DNA of 48,521 nucleotides, from NCBI GenBank assembly GCA_947311835.1, contig CAMZLV010000087.1:1-48521 (forward strand), given 5' to 3'. Positions 31,845 to 41,402 of the stretch are shown piece after piece (positions within the stretch are counted from its first letter, which is position 1; each line of letters begins with the position of its first letter). The stretch is from an uncultured Lutibacter sp. GTDB taxonomy: Bacteria > Bacteroidota > Bacteroidia > Flavobacteriales > Flavobacteriaceae. The notes under the pieces are model-generated. The model was given only the letters and a program-made list of their open reading frames with translations. It was not told where the DNA came from and searched no databases. The position numbers and the translations under genes are program-made.

Positions 31845-32435
31845 TTATTGATGTTTTCCTTTGTTCCAACCGTGTTTTTGAAGGTATTGTTTACCGCTTT
31901 CTACCGCTCCGTTTTCTAGTGATGTTCCCATAGAATCATTCCATCTGTTTAAATATCCGAAAAGAGAAATTACACCTAACATTTCAACGATTTCACCTTC
32001 GTCCCAATGTTTATAGAGTTCTTTTTTAATTTCTTCATTTACTGCATTCGGAATCACAGATGCTGCTAACGAAAATTCTAAAGCTGCTCGTTCGGCATCT
32101 GAAAATGAAGGATGCGTTCTGTATTCCCAAATATTATCTAACTGTTCTTGTTCGGCTCCATAACGTTCTGCAGCACGTATTGCATGTGCTTGGCAATATC
32201 TACAACCTGCAGCATTGCTACTTACCCAAGCAATCATTCTTTTTAATGCTGATGTTACTCTTCCGTAGTTTTCCATTACTGCTTTATTCATATTAATAAA
32301 TGAACGTGCAATTTCTGGACGAATTTGCATGGTCAAAACCGAATTTGGACAAAAACCGAGTGTTTCGTTAAAAAATTCAGCTAATTTTTTAACGTCTTGA
32401 TTTGCATCAGCAGATAAAGGTTCAACAAGTGGCAT
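31845..32435 (-). CDS. Carboxymuconolactone decarboxylase / AhpD-like peroxidase-related protein
   Basis: GFCPNS, NAAGCRYCQAH (CxxC-xx-H), ERAAL, EIVE, GYLNRWND; -7 box at 32460-32467. Confidence 0.9.
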   Translation of the reverse strand: MPLVEPLSADANQDVKKLAEFFNETLGFCPNSVLTMQIRPEIARSFINMNKAVMENYGRVTSALKRMIAWVSSNAAGCRYCQAHAIRAAERYGAEQEQLDNIWEYRTHPSFSDAERAALEFSLAASVIPNAVNEEIKKELYKHWDEGEIVEMLGVISLFGYLNRWNDSMGTSLENGAVESGKQYLQKHGWNKGKHQ

Positions 32436-32504
32436 ATTTTGAAATTATAATTGAGCAAACAAATATAATTTTATATATTTACTTGAGCAACTAATCTCGC
32501 TTTT

Positions 32505-33521
32505 ATGAAAATTATTTTACATCCTTTTGAATTGGAATTAAAACACACATTTACCATTTCTAGACAGTCTTTTAACACCAAACCAACATTAATTGTGGAA
32601 TTAAAAGATGGTAACTTATCTGGTTATGGTGAGGCTTCTGCAAATCCGTATTACGGTATTTCGATTGAAAAAATGACAAGAGATATTATTAATTGCCAAT
32701 CAACAATAGAACATTCAAACAAGGAAACTCCCGAAGATTTTTGGAAAAAACTATATCCATTATTGAAAGACAATATGTTTGCGCTATGTGCATTAGACTT
32801 AGCGTTTCATGATTTATATGCTCGAAAAAAAGATAAAAAATTAGTTGATTTATGGAATCTCGACACTTCTCAGAATCCGATGACAAATTATACAATTGGT
32901 ATTGATTCTGTAGAAAAAATGGTTAACAAGATGAAGGAAATGCCTTTTCCTATCTATAAAATTAAATTAGGAACAAGTGAAGATTTAAAAATTATTACCG
33001 AATTACGTAAGCATTCTGATGCAATTTTTAGAGTTGATGCAAATTGTGGTTGGACGGTAGATGAAACCATAAAAAATGCTGTTGCGCTACAAAAATTAGG
33101 TGTAGAATTTATTGAACAACCTTTAAAAGCTGATGATTGGAACGGTCACAAAAAAGTATTTGAGAATTCTGTATTGCCAATTATTGCGGATGAAAGTTGT
33201 CAAATTGAGGCTGATATTATAAAGTGCTTTCAACATTTTCATGGAGTAAATATAAAATTGGTAAAATGTGGAGGTTTAACTCCTGCAAAACGAATGCTCT
33301 ATCAAGCAAAAGAATTTAATATGAAAACGATGGTTGGTTGTATGACAGAGTCTTCAGTTGCTATTTCGTCAATTGCACATTTATTGCCATTACTTGATTA
33401 TGTTGACATGGATGGTGCTTTGCTTTTAAAAAACGATATCGCTGAAGGTGTTAAAATAGAAAAAGGGATTGTAAAGTATAGTACTATAAACGGAAATGGT
33501 GTAAAATTACTTTTAAATTAA
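32505..33521 (+). CDS. Dipeptide epimerase (L-Ala-D/L-Glu epimerase, enolase superfamily)
   Basis: FTISR, GYGEA, YKIKLG, RVDAN, EQP, ADES, NIKLVKCGG, GCMTE, DMDG motifs. Confidence 0.92.
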   Translation: MKIILHPFELELKHTFTISRQSFNTKPTLIVELKDGNLSGYGEASANPYYGISIEKMTRDIINCQSTIEHSNKETPEDFWKKLYPLLKDNMFALCALDLAFHDLYARKKDKKLVDLWNLDTSQNPMTNYTIGIDSVEKMVNKMKEMPFPIYKIKLGTSEDLKIITELRKHSDAIFRVDANCGWTVDETIKNAVALQKLGVEFIEQPLKADDWNGHKKVFENSVLPIIADESCQIEADIIKCFQHFHGVNIKLVKCGGLTPAKRMLYQAKEFNMKTMVGCMTESSVAISSIAHLLPLLDYVDMDGALLLKNDIAEGVKIEKGIVKYSTINGNGVKLLLN

Positions 33522-34271
33522 TTCTATATTTTTATTTCTATAATCGTTTAGTAGTTCAGAATCAGCGTTTAACTCAGTAATGAGCGTATCAATAGCAGTA
33601 ATATTACAAATTTTATATCTACTCGGAAGTGTGTCTAATTTTTCAGAAATAGTAAGCGAAACCACTCTTCTTGATGATTTTATCATTGCTTTTTTTAATT
33701 GAGCTATTTCCCAATCAATTGCTGTAATGCCTTCATTTATATGGATGTATCCTGTTCCTAAAAAACAAATGTCGGCTTTTATTTCTGATAAGGTTGTAAT
33801 GGCACCTCCTCCTGTTGCCAATTGAGAATCTTTAGATAAATTTCCACCAATAAAAATAACCTTATTATTTTCTTGTATACTATTAAGTAGTTCAATTGCC
33901 ATTGGCAAACTTGGCGTAAAGAACGTTAAATCTAAATTTTGAGGGATTTGTTTGGCTAACTCTATATTTGTTGAGCCTCCACTAACTAAAACTACATCTC
34001 CTTTTTTTAATAAGGAAACTCCTTTTTGAGCAATAATTGTTTTGTCTTTGAGTCCATAAATTTCTCTTTTTCTGTCAGAATAAATATTAAATCCATTAGA
34101 TACCGCTCCTCCATGAACTTTTCGTAGTTTTTTTAAATCATCTAACGCTTTCACGTCTCTTCTAGCCGTATCAATAGAAACATTTAATATTGCTGCTAAA
34201 TCACTTACTAAAACTCGGTTGTGAATATTAACTTCATTAAGAATTATTTTATGTCTTTCTGCTTTTTTCAA
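33513..34271 (-). CDS. DeoR/GlpR family transcriptional regulator
   Basis: N-terminal HTH (LAAILNVSIDTARRD..VHGGA), sugar-phosphate sensor domain (GGST, IGG, IDTLITE); TTG start. Confidence 0.93.
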   Translation of the reverse strand: MKKAERHKIILNEVNIHNRVLVSDLAAILNVSIDTARRDVKALDDLKKLRKVHGGAVSNGFNIYSDRKREIYGLKDKTIIAQKGVSLLKKGDVVLVSGGSTNIELAKQIPQNLDLTFFTPSLPMAIELLNSIQENNKVIFIGGNLSKDSQLATGGGAITTLSEIKADICFLGTGYIHINEGITAIDWEIAQLKKAMIKSSRRVVSLTISEKLDTLPSRYKICNITAIDTLITELNADSELLNDYRNKNIELI

Positions 34272-34397
34272 ATCTTTTTTTAAACTCTAAATATATTAAT
34301 AATAATTGTATTTTCAAAAAACACTATGATTGGTATTTTTAATACAAACTGTGTTTTTAATACTTTATATCGTAATTTTACCAAAAATACAACTCTT

Positions 34398-34814
34398 ATG
34401 ACACATACAGTTAAAACAAATTGGAAGGGAAATATGCAATTTGAATCAACACAAAATGCTGGTTCGTTGCTAATTGATGCACCTCAAAACGGAGAAGAAA
34501 GCAATGGATTGCGTCCAAAAGCATTAATGTTAAGTGCTTTGGCTGGATGTTCAGGATTAGATGTTGTATCACTTCTTAAAAAAATGCGCGTTGATATTGC
34601 TGATTTTTCTATTGATATTGAAGCAGAACTCACCGAAGAGCATCCTAAATATTACAAAAAAGTAACTGTAATTTTTAATTTTTATGGATCCGATCTTAAA
34701 AAAGATAAAATTGAAAAAGCAGTAAAACTATCCGAAGAAAAATATTGTGGCGTTTTAGAAATGTTTAGACAATTTGCTAAGGTTACAACTGTAATAAACT
34801 ATTTTGAACAATAG
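34398..34814 (+). CDS. OsmC/YhfA family protein
   Basis: GLRPKALML-ALAGCSG, EEHPK, LSEEKYCGV two-Cys pattern. Start moved to ATG 34398. Confidence 0.9.
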   Translation: MTHTVKTNWKGNMQFESTQNAGSLLIDAPQNGEESNGLRPKALMLSALAGCSGLDVVSLLKKMRVDIADFSIDIEAELTEEHPKYYKKVTVIFNFYGSDLKKDKIEKAVKLSEEKYCGVLEMFRQFAKVTTVINYFEQ

Positions 34815-34823
34815 ATAAACTAA

Positions 34824-34851
34824 AAAAACCTCAACAAATGTTGAGGTTTTT
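34824..34851. terminator. Bidirectional intrinsic terminator between the OsmC and SusD genes
   Basis: AAAAACCTCAAC-AAAT-GTTGAGGTTTTT between convergent stop codons. Confidence 0.88.
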
Positions 34852-34873
34852 AAATAATAGTTGAATTTATTAG

Positions 34874-36355
34874 TTATAAATCCCACCAAACTTTAACAGT
34901 CGGTTCTTTTTTGTTAGCTAATACATTTTCAGGGTTTCTAGTTTCTTCAGATACTGGATATTGGGCTCTAACTAACCATTGTCCTGGATACTCTCCTATT
35001 GCATTATCAACAGGTAAAGATAAATCTTTAAAAACATTGGTAGAAAAATCATATCTACGTAAATCAGAAAACACCTCAGGATTTAAAAAGTTTGCGATGT
35101 ACTTTTCTTTCATAATATGCTGTAACATTATATTTGTCACTCCCATATCAATTGAAGTATCTGTAAGATAAGCATTCATATCTGTTGCGCTTACGCCTAA
35201 TTTATTCATACTTGCTGTAATACCTTCTAAATAAGATGTGTAAGCATTGTTATTTGTACCAACACTTGTTTCATTACCTCCATTAACAATAAACTCCGCC
35301 TCTGCTTTAATGAACATTGCTTCTGCATATGAAATGATAACAATTGGCGCTTCTTGATTTGTATAAAAACCACCATCTGCAAAATTTGTGTTCGCTGATG
35401 AGCCGTTAGAAGAAAGTCCATCTGCTCCACTTTCATATCCTAACCAAGGATCAGTGATTGCTCCTCCGTTTGTCGCATATATTGGTAATCTTGGATCTAT
35501 TGCTATTGTAGTATAAGGATATGAAGTGCCATTCATATAATTTACCAATTGGTCGCCAATTTTATCATGATCATTACTAGTTGCTGCAGCCAAAATTTCT
35601 CTTGAATACCATGGATTGATATTTTTTGTGGTATAATTCATTTGAAAATCATCAGAATTTGATGTAAACCCATTTGCTAAACTTGCTAAAGCTGCTGTTG
35701 CTGCTGCCATACCATTTTGCTCAACAAGATGTAATTGATATCTCGCTTTTAATGTATATGCTGCTTTTAACCAGTTAGAAGCATCTCCATCATAAATTAA
35801 ATCTCCTCCTATTGAAAAACCAGATGTGTCTGGTGCTTCGAGTAGTGTGATTGCATCTGATAACAACATATCTATTTCATTATAAATTGATTGTTGTGTG
35901 TCAAATGCAGGTTTAGGATTCTCTGTACCTTGTGATGCCTCCGAGTAAGGAATATTATCCCAACTATCAGCTGCTAAACCTATATTAATTGCTGTTAAAA
36001 TTTTTGCAACAGCCGCAATGTGGGTTGCATTATTTTCTTCTGCTTTTGTTAATATTGTTTTAAGGTTTGGTAAAACATACAAATATATTTGACTCCAAGT
36101 ACCTGCCATACTTGTTGCTCCAGCAGCACCTCCTCCGCGTCCAGTAAATTGCTGGCTATAGTTTCCTAACACTCGTTCTGCATTATATTGTGCTTGTATA
36201 GTATGGTAAATTACGGGTCCCATTAAATCACTCATCCCTAATTGGGCTGAGGTAGTTGTTCCTGATGGTGTATTCACATCATAATACCCTTCGCTACATC
36301 CTGAAAAGGAAACTAAGAGTATTACTATTACTACATTAATTATTATTTTTTTCAT
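34874..36355 (-). CDS. SusD/RagB family outer-membrane lipoprotein
   Basis: Lipobox FSGC, WDNIPYSEA, PAFDTQQSIY, DLIYDGD..W, DPRL, SYAEAMFIKAEA, KYIA, DLRR, C-terminal VWWD. Confidence 0.95.
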   Translation of the reverse strand: MKKIIINVVIVILLVSFSGCSEGYYDVNTPSGTTTSAQLGMSDLMGPVIYHTIQAQYNAERVLGNYSQQFTGRGGGAAGATSMAGTWSQIYLYVLPNLKTILTKAEENNATHIAAVAKILTAINIGLAADSWDNIPYSEASQGTENPKPAFDTQQSIYNEIDMLLSDAITLLEAPDTSGFSIGGDLIYDGDASNWLKAAYTLKARYQLHLVEQNGMAAATAALASLANGFTSNSDDFQMNYTTKNINPWYSREILAAATSNDHDKIGDQLVNYMNGTSYPYTTIAIDPRLPIYATNGGAITDPWLGYESGADGLSSNGSSANTNFADGGFYTNQEAPIVIISYAEAMFIKAEAEFIVNGGNETSVGTNNNAYTSYLEGITASMNKLGVSATDMNAYLTDTSIDMGVTNIMLQHIMKEKYIANFLNPEVFSDLRRYDFSTNVFKDLSLPVDNAIGEYPGQWLVRAQYPVSEETRNPENVLANKKEPTVKVWWDL

Positions 36356-36366
36356 TTTTATATTTT

Positions 36367-39300
36367 TTAAAATTGTACTTTAAGACCTAAAGAATAATTT
36401 GTAGTTAACGGTGTAGTTAAACCTGTAAATCCATAAATATTACTTCCTGCACTAAATTGATTTGATTCTGGATCAAATCCTTTAAAAGGCGTCCATAATA
36501 GTATATTCCCTGCATTTGCAGTTAATGATGCGCTGTCCATACCTATTTTATCTAATACCTTACTATCAAAATTATATGTTAGTCCAATGTTTCTTAATTT
36601 TACCCAAGACCCATCTTGTAAAAGCACTTCTGACGCCGTATTATAGTTGTTAAAATCTCTATAAAAACTATTTGCTGTGATAGTTAACGGAATTGTATTT
36701 GTCTCAAAACCACCATTTCCATCATCCATTACACCTTCCAATACTCTATCTTGATCTCTAAATTCTGTTTCTTTTAAGTTTCCGTTTCTTAATGCGTTTC
36801 TATAACCTCTATCATATAAATCTCCTCCTTTTTTATATTCTAACAAGAAATTGAATCCAAAATTTTTCCAAGTAATAGTATTATTTACAGAAGCGATATA
36901 ATCTGGAAATGCATTTCCTACTTTAACTTTTTCGTTTCCATTTTCATAGAAAAATCCGTTGTTTTCTGATCCAGTAACAATCCACTTTCCATCAGCGCCA
37001 ACATATCGTTGACCGTCAGGAGCAGTTTGAAATACCCAACCATATAATGCTCCAAGTGCATCGCCTACTTTTGCTTTTGCAGTAATATAATCATCAAAGA
37101 AAATAATTTCACCTACATCTTCTGGAATAGCAGTAACTTTACCTTCATTCGTTGACCAGTTTAATGTTGTTGTCCATTTTAAATCTTCATTTTTAACGAT
37201 ATCAGCACTAAGTAACAATTCGTGTCCCCAAGTTTCATAATCTCCTGCATTTCTAACATAACTAGAAATTCCTGAAGATTGAGCTGTAGCTACAGGAAAT
37301 ATTTGATCAGATACTTTTGTTTTATAATATGAATAATCTAATCGTACTCTATTATTAATAAAACGTAAGTCTGTTCCTATTTCAAAAGAATTACTTTTTT
37401 CAGGTTTTAACAATGGATCACCGGCTCTTGTACTTGCTCTATATCCGCCAATTCCGTCAAATGGAAAATTTGGTTCGTTTATAAAGAATTGTCCTATTCT
37501 TCCAAAATTAGGACCTTTACCAACTTGTGCCCAAGATGCTCTAAATTTTCCAAAAGAAAACGTATTACCTTCTGCGTCAAATAAATCATTAAATAAATAT
37601 GATAAACTGGCTGATGGATAAAAGAAAGATCTGTTATTTGATGGCATTACAGAAAGCCAATCATTTCTTCCTGTAAATGATAAAAATAATTTATCTTTAT
37701 ATTCTAATCTTAAATCTCCAAATACACCTGTTGATCTTAATTGACTTACCGTATTGTTTGTAAATCTATTAATTGTATTTGATAAGTCATTAATTCCAGG
37801 CACATTAAGTGTTTCTCCTCTTACTCCTGAATATGTTGTTTTAATATCTGATAGTTGATGACCTACCAAAAACGAGGCTTTAAAATCTTCACTAAAATCT
37901 TTAGTGAATGTTACTAATAAATTTGATTCTAATCCTGTGAAGTTAATATTTTCATTTACTATAAAACCGCCTACTTGTGTACCTACATCTAAATCAGCTG
38001 GAACAAATCTATTTCTTAAATCGGCATAATTATCAACTTGTGCTGAATACGAAATATTTAACCAGTCTTTGGCTGCCCAATTTAATTTCATGTTTGCTAC
38101 CCAACGATTTACATCATCATTCAAGTTACTTGTTTCAGCAAAATAACGAGGGTTGTCTATCCAGCCTGGAGTATAGTTTTTTTGTGTTCCGTCAGCATTC
38201 AAATAATCATTAATAGGAAAAGTTGAGGACCAATAAGATAACGAACTGAAAATAGATTTATCTCCACCATTCCCTCTAGAACCTCCAGAATTAGAATATG
38301 AAATAGACGTATCTAAATTTAGATTATCTGTTATTTCAATTCCTCCTTTTAACCTAAAATTAATTTTTTGATAATTTGTGTTTGGTAAAATTCCCTCATC
38401 ATTACTTTTACCAGCAGAAAAGAAATAATTTAATTTTTCTGTTGCTCCGCTAATATTCATGTTAATTTGACTATTAACTCCTGTTCTAAACAATTCGTAT
38501 GGACTATGAAATGCATCATTTCTTAAATCCGTAATTGTTCCATCAGCTTGTACAAATTCATCGTCAGTAAAAGGAACTCCCCAAGAATAAAATGCCCAAC
38601 TAAATCGATTGTAACCATCGTAAGTATTTGTTGGGTCGATTGTAACTCCAGGTCTTCTGCTTGTTCTATGACCCTCTCTAAATGTTGTTTGCAACTCAGG
38701 TGTCTTAGTAACCTCTCTAATTGTTGTTGAAGTACTCACTGAAATTTTGGCTTTTCCTTGCTTTCCTCTTTTGGTTGTAATTACAATAGCTCCATTAGAT
38801 GCTCTAATACCATATAATGCAGTTGCCGCTGCACCTTTTAATACTGAATAACTTTCAATATCATCAGGGTTAATATCTCCTGCTCTGTTTGAAAAAGCAA
38901 ATTGCTCTGAACTACTAGATGCATTTGAACCAGCGCTAGGTAAGATGTCTCCTGAAAAAGTATCGTTATTTAACGCAACTCCATCAACAATAATTAAAGG
39001 TTGGTTACTTCTTCCAGGATTTACAGAAGAAACTCCTCTTATCAAAATATCTACACCTCCTCCAGCGGAACCTGAAGTTCTATTGATTTGAACTCCCGAA
39101 ACTTGTCCTTGAAGTGCCTCAAGAGCATTATTTTGACCAGATAAATTTAAACTTTCAGCCTTCACTTTTTGAACTGAATAACCCAAAGCTTTTTCTTTCT
39201 TTTTAATACCAAAAGCCGTTACTACTACCTCATCAAGTTGACTTGCATCTTCTTCAAGGGTAACATTTAACGCTGTTCCGCTAACAGTAATTTCTTGTGT

Positions 39301-39537
39301 TCTAAATCCTAAAAAGGAAAAGACCAAAACATCTCCTTGATTTGCAGAAATTTGATAATTTCCGTCAAAATCTGTTGATGTTCCATTGTTCATGTCTTTA
39401 ACTTGTATGTTTACGCCTGGCAATGGTATGCCAGATTCGTCTTTTACATTTCCACTTACTGTTGTTGTTTGTGCAAATAAAAATGTAAAGGATGTTGTAA
39501 ATAAAACAAGAAAAAGAACTGTGATTTTTTTTCTCAT
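36367..39537 (-). CDS. SusC/RagA family TonB-dependent transporter
   Basis: GTSTDFDGNY, LDEVVVTAFG, PLIIVDGV, DINPDDIES..LKGAAATALYG.RASNGAIVITTK, FFYPS, LKPE, terminal Phe. Confidence 0.98.
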   Translation of the reverse strand: MRKKITVLFLVLFTTSFTFLFAQTTTVSGNVKDESGIPLPGVNIQVKDMNNGTSTDFDGNYQISANQGDVLVFSFLGFRTQEITVSGTALNVTLEEDASQLDEVVVTAFGIKKKEKALGYSVQKVKAESLNLSGQNNALEALQGQVSGVQINRTSGSAGGGVDILIRGVSSVNPGRSNQPLIIVDGVALNNDTFSGDILPSAGSNASSSSEQFAFSNRAGDINPDDIESYSVLKGAAATALYGIRASNGAIVITTKRGKQGKAKISVSTSTTIREVTKTPELQTTFREGHRTSRRPGVTIDPTNTYDGYNRFSWAFYSWGVPFTDDEFVQADGTITDLRNDAFHSPYELFRTGVNSQINMNISGATEKLNYFFSAGKSNDEGILPNTNYQKINFRLKGGIEITDNLNLDTSISYSNSGGSRGNGGDKSIFSSLSYWSSTFPINDYLNADGTQKNYTPGWIDNPRYFAETSNLNDDVNRWVANMKLNWAAKDWLNISYSAQVDNYADLRNRFVPADLDVGTQVGGFIVNENINFTGLESNLLVTFTKDFSEDFKASFLVGHQLSDIKTTYSGVRGETLNVPGINDLSNTINRFTNNTVSQLRSTGVFGDLRLEYKDKLFLSFTGRNDWLSVMPSNNRSFFYPSASLSYLFNDLFDAEGNTFSFGKFRASWAQVGKGPNFGRIGQFFINEPNFPFDGIGGYRASTRAGDPLLKPEKSNSFEIGTDLRFINNRVRLDYSYYKTKVSDQIFPVATAQSSGISSYVRNAGDYETWGHELLLSADIVKNEDLKWTTTLNWSTNEGKVTAIPEDVGEIIFFDDYITAKAKVGDALGALYGWVFQTAPDGQRYVGADGKWIVTGSENNGFFYENGNEKVKVGNAFPDYIASVNNTITWKNFGFNFLLEYKKGGDLYDRGYRNALRNGNLKETEFRDQDRVLEGVMDDGNGGFETNTIPLTITANSFYRDFNNYNTASEVLLQDGSWVKLRNIGLTYNFDSKVLDKIGMDSASLTANAGNILLWTPFKGFDPESNQFSAGSNIYGFTGLTTPLTTNYSLGLKVQF

Positions 39538-39702
39538 ATTTTATATATTTTGAATTAGTATGCAGTAAAGTTAAGAAAAAAAGACTTAAAAAAATTTTTT
39601 ACGTTGAATAATTGCAAAAATAATAAATATTATGCTGTTAAATAGTGCTTTAATTAAACCTGATTTTTTTGTAAAACATCCATAAATAGCGTATTTTTGA
39701 CT

Positions 39703-41400
39703 ATGCGCTGGACTTTTAAACCACAACCTGAAAAAGAGAAAATTGAAAAATTAGCTCAAGAATTAAATATTGACCCCTTAATTTCAACTCTATTGATACA
39801 AAGAGGTGTTGAAACCTTTGATGAGGCTAAAAAATTTTTTCGCCCAACTATCAATGATTTACACGATCCGTATTTGATGAAAGATATGGATAAAGCCATT
39901 GTACGAATTGAAAAAGCAATTAAAAACAATGAAAACATCCTTATTTATGGTGATTATGATGTAGATGGCACAACGTCTGTTGCGTTGGTTTCGTCATATT
40001 TAAAATCTTTTTATCCGAATGTAGCAACTTATATTCCAGATAGATATGATGAAGGTTATGGAATCTCTATTCAAGGAATTGACTTTGCATCTGACAATGA
40101 TTTTTCATTAATTATTGCGCTAGATTGTGGTATAAAAGCGAGTGAAAAAATAGATTATGCTTCTAAAAAAAATGTAGATTTCATTATTTGTGACCATCAC
40201 AGACCAGGAAAAAAACTACCCAAAGCAATCGCCGTTTTAGATCCAAAACGCGAAGATTGTAAGTATCCTTATGATGAATTATGTGGTTGCGGAGTAGGTT
40301 TTAAATTGATACAAGCATTAGCCAAAAATAGAAATCAAACCATTGATGATTTATTGCCTTATCTCGATTTAGTAGCAACTGCTATAGCTGCCGATATTGT
40401 TCCAATTACTGGTGAAAACAGGGTGTTGGCTTATTTCGGACTGTATGTTATCAATAAAAAACCAAGAGTTGGCTTTCAAGCCTTTATAAATCAGTTACAC
40501 AAAAAAGAGTTAACTATTACCGATGTTGTCTTTGGAATTGCTCCTCAAATTAATGCCGCAGGACGAATGAAACACGGTTTGCATGCAGTTGAATTAATGA
40601 CTGAAACCAACTTTGAAAGCGCACAAAAAATGGCATCAGAAATTGGAAAATTCAATACCGACAGAAAAGAACTCGACAAAAAAATCACTCAAGAAGCACT
40701 TCAACAAATTAAAGAAAATAATGAGCAAAATAACGCTTCAACTGTTGTTTTTAGTGACACTTGGCATAAAGGTGTTATTGGTATTGTAGCCTCAAGATTG
40801 ATTGAAAAACACTATAAGCCAACATTGGTTTTCACCAAAAGTGGTGATAAACTTGCTGCTTCTGCAAGATCTGTAAAAGGATTTGATGTGTATGAAGCGT
40901 TAGATAAATGTTCTGAGTTTATTGAACAGTTTGGCGGTCATAAATATGCCGCAGGATTAACCTTGCTTCCTGAAAATTACCAAAACTTTAAAACAAAATT
41001 TGAAGAAGTGGTTAAAAAAACACTTCCTGAAGAACTAAAAACACCTGAAATAAGCATCAATTCTGAAATAGAATTAAGTGATATTACACCAAAATTTTTT
41101 AGAATTCTAAAGCAATTTGCTCCTTTTGGACCTCAAAATATGCGTCCAACTTTTACTGCAAGTGGTTTGCGAGATAATGGATACGGAAAACAAGTTGGCG
41201 CTGATAATAATCACTTAAAACTCAATATAATTATTGGCTCTGATAAAAAAACGTACAACGCTATAGGTTTTGGTTTGGGTGATAAATATGAATTAATCCA
41301 TAAAGGAAAGTCTTTTAGTGCAGTATTTAATCTTGATGAAAACCATTGGAATGGCAATACTTCTCTTCAATTATTACTAAAAGACATTAAGGTTGAATAA
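39703..41400 (+). CDS. recJ: Single-stranded-DNA-specific exonuclease RecJ
   Basis: YGDYDVDG, EGYG, LDCG, DHH, INAAGR, WHKGVIGIVASRL, SARS, GGHKYAAG. Start moved to ATG 39703, after -7 box 39692-39699. Confidence 0.98.
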   Translation: MRWTFKPQPEKEKIEKLAQELNIDPLISTLLIQRGVETFDEAKKFFRPTINDLHDPYLMKDMDKAIVRIEKAIKNNENILIYGDYDVDGTTSVALVSSYLKSFYPNVATYIPDRYDEGYGISIQGIDFASDNDFSLIIALDCGIKASEKIDYASKKNVDFIICDHHRPGKKLPKAIAVLDPKREDCKYPYDELCGCGVGFKLIQALAKNRNQTIDDLLPYLDLVATAIAADIVPITGENRVLAYFGLYVINKKPRVGFQAFINQLHKKELTITDVVFGIAPQINAAGRMKHGLHAVELMTETNFESAQKMASEIGKFNTDRKELDKKITQEALQQIKENNEQNNASTVVFSDTWHKGVIGIVASRLIEKHYKPTLVFTKSGDKLAASARSVKGFDVYEALDKCSEFIEQFGGHKYAAGLTLLPENYQNFKTKFEEVVKKTLPEELKTPEISINSEIELSDITPKFFRILKQFAPFGPQNMRPTFTASGLRDNGYGKQVGADNNHLKLNIIIGSDKKTYNAIGFGLGDKYELIHKGKSFSAVFNLDENHWNGNTSLQLLLKDIKVE

Positions 41401-41402
41401 TT

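Noticed and set aside
34272-39702. Shared AATAATTG(T/C)A motif upstream of DeoR and SusC as a DeoR operator
   Set aside because: Too short and AT-rich to distinguish from chance without comparative data.
39703-41400. recJ as a dedicated member of the nuclease/receptor locus
   Set aside because: It is a standard cytoplasmic housekeeping RecJ with its own promoter, convergent to the EEP genes; adjacency alone is insufficient.
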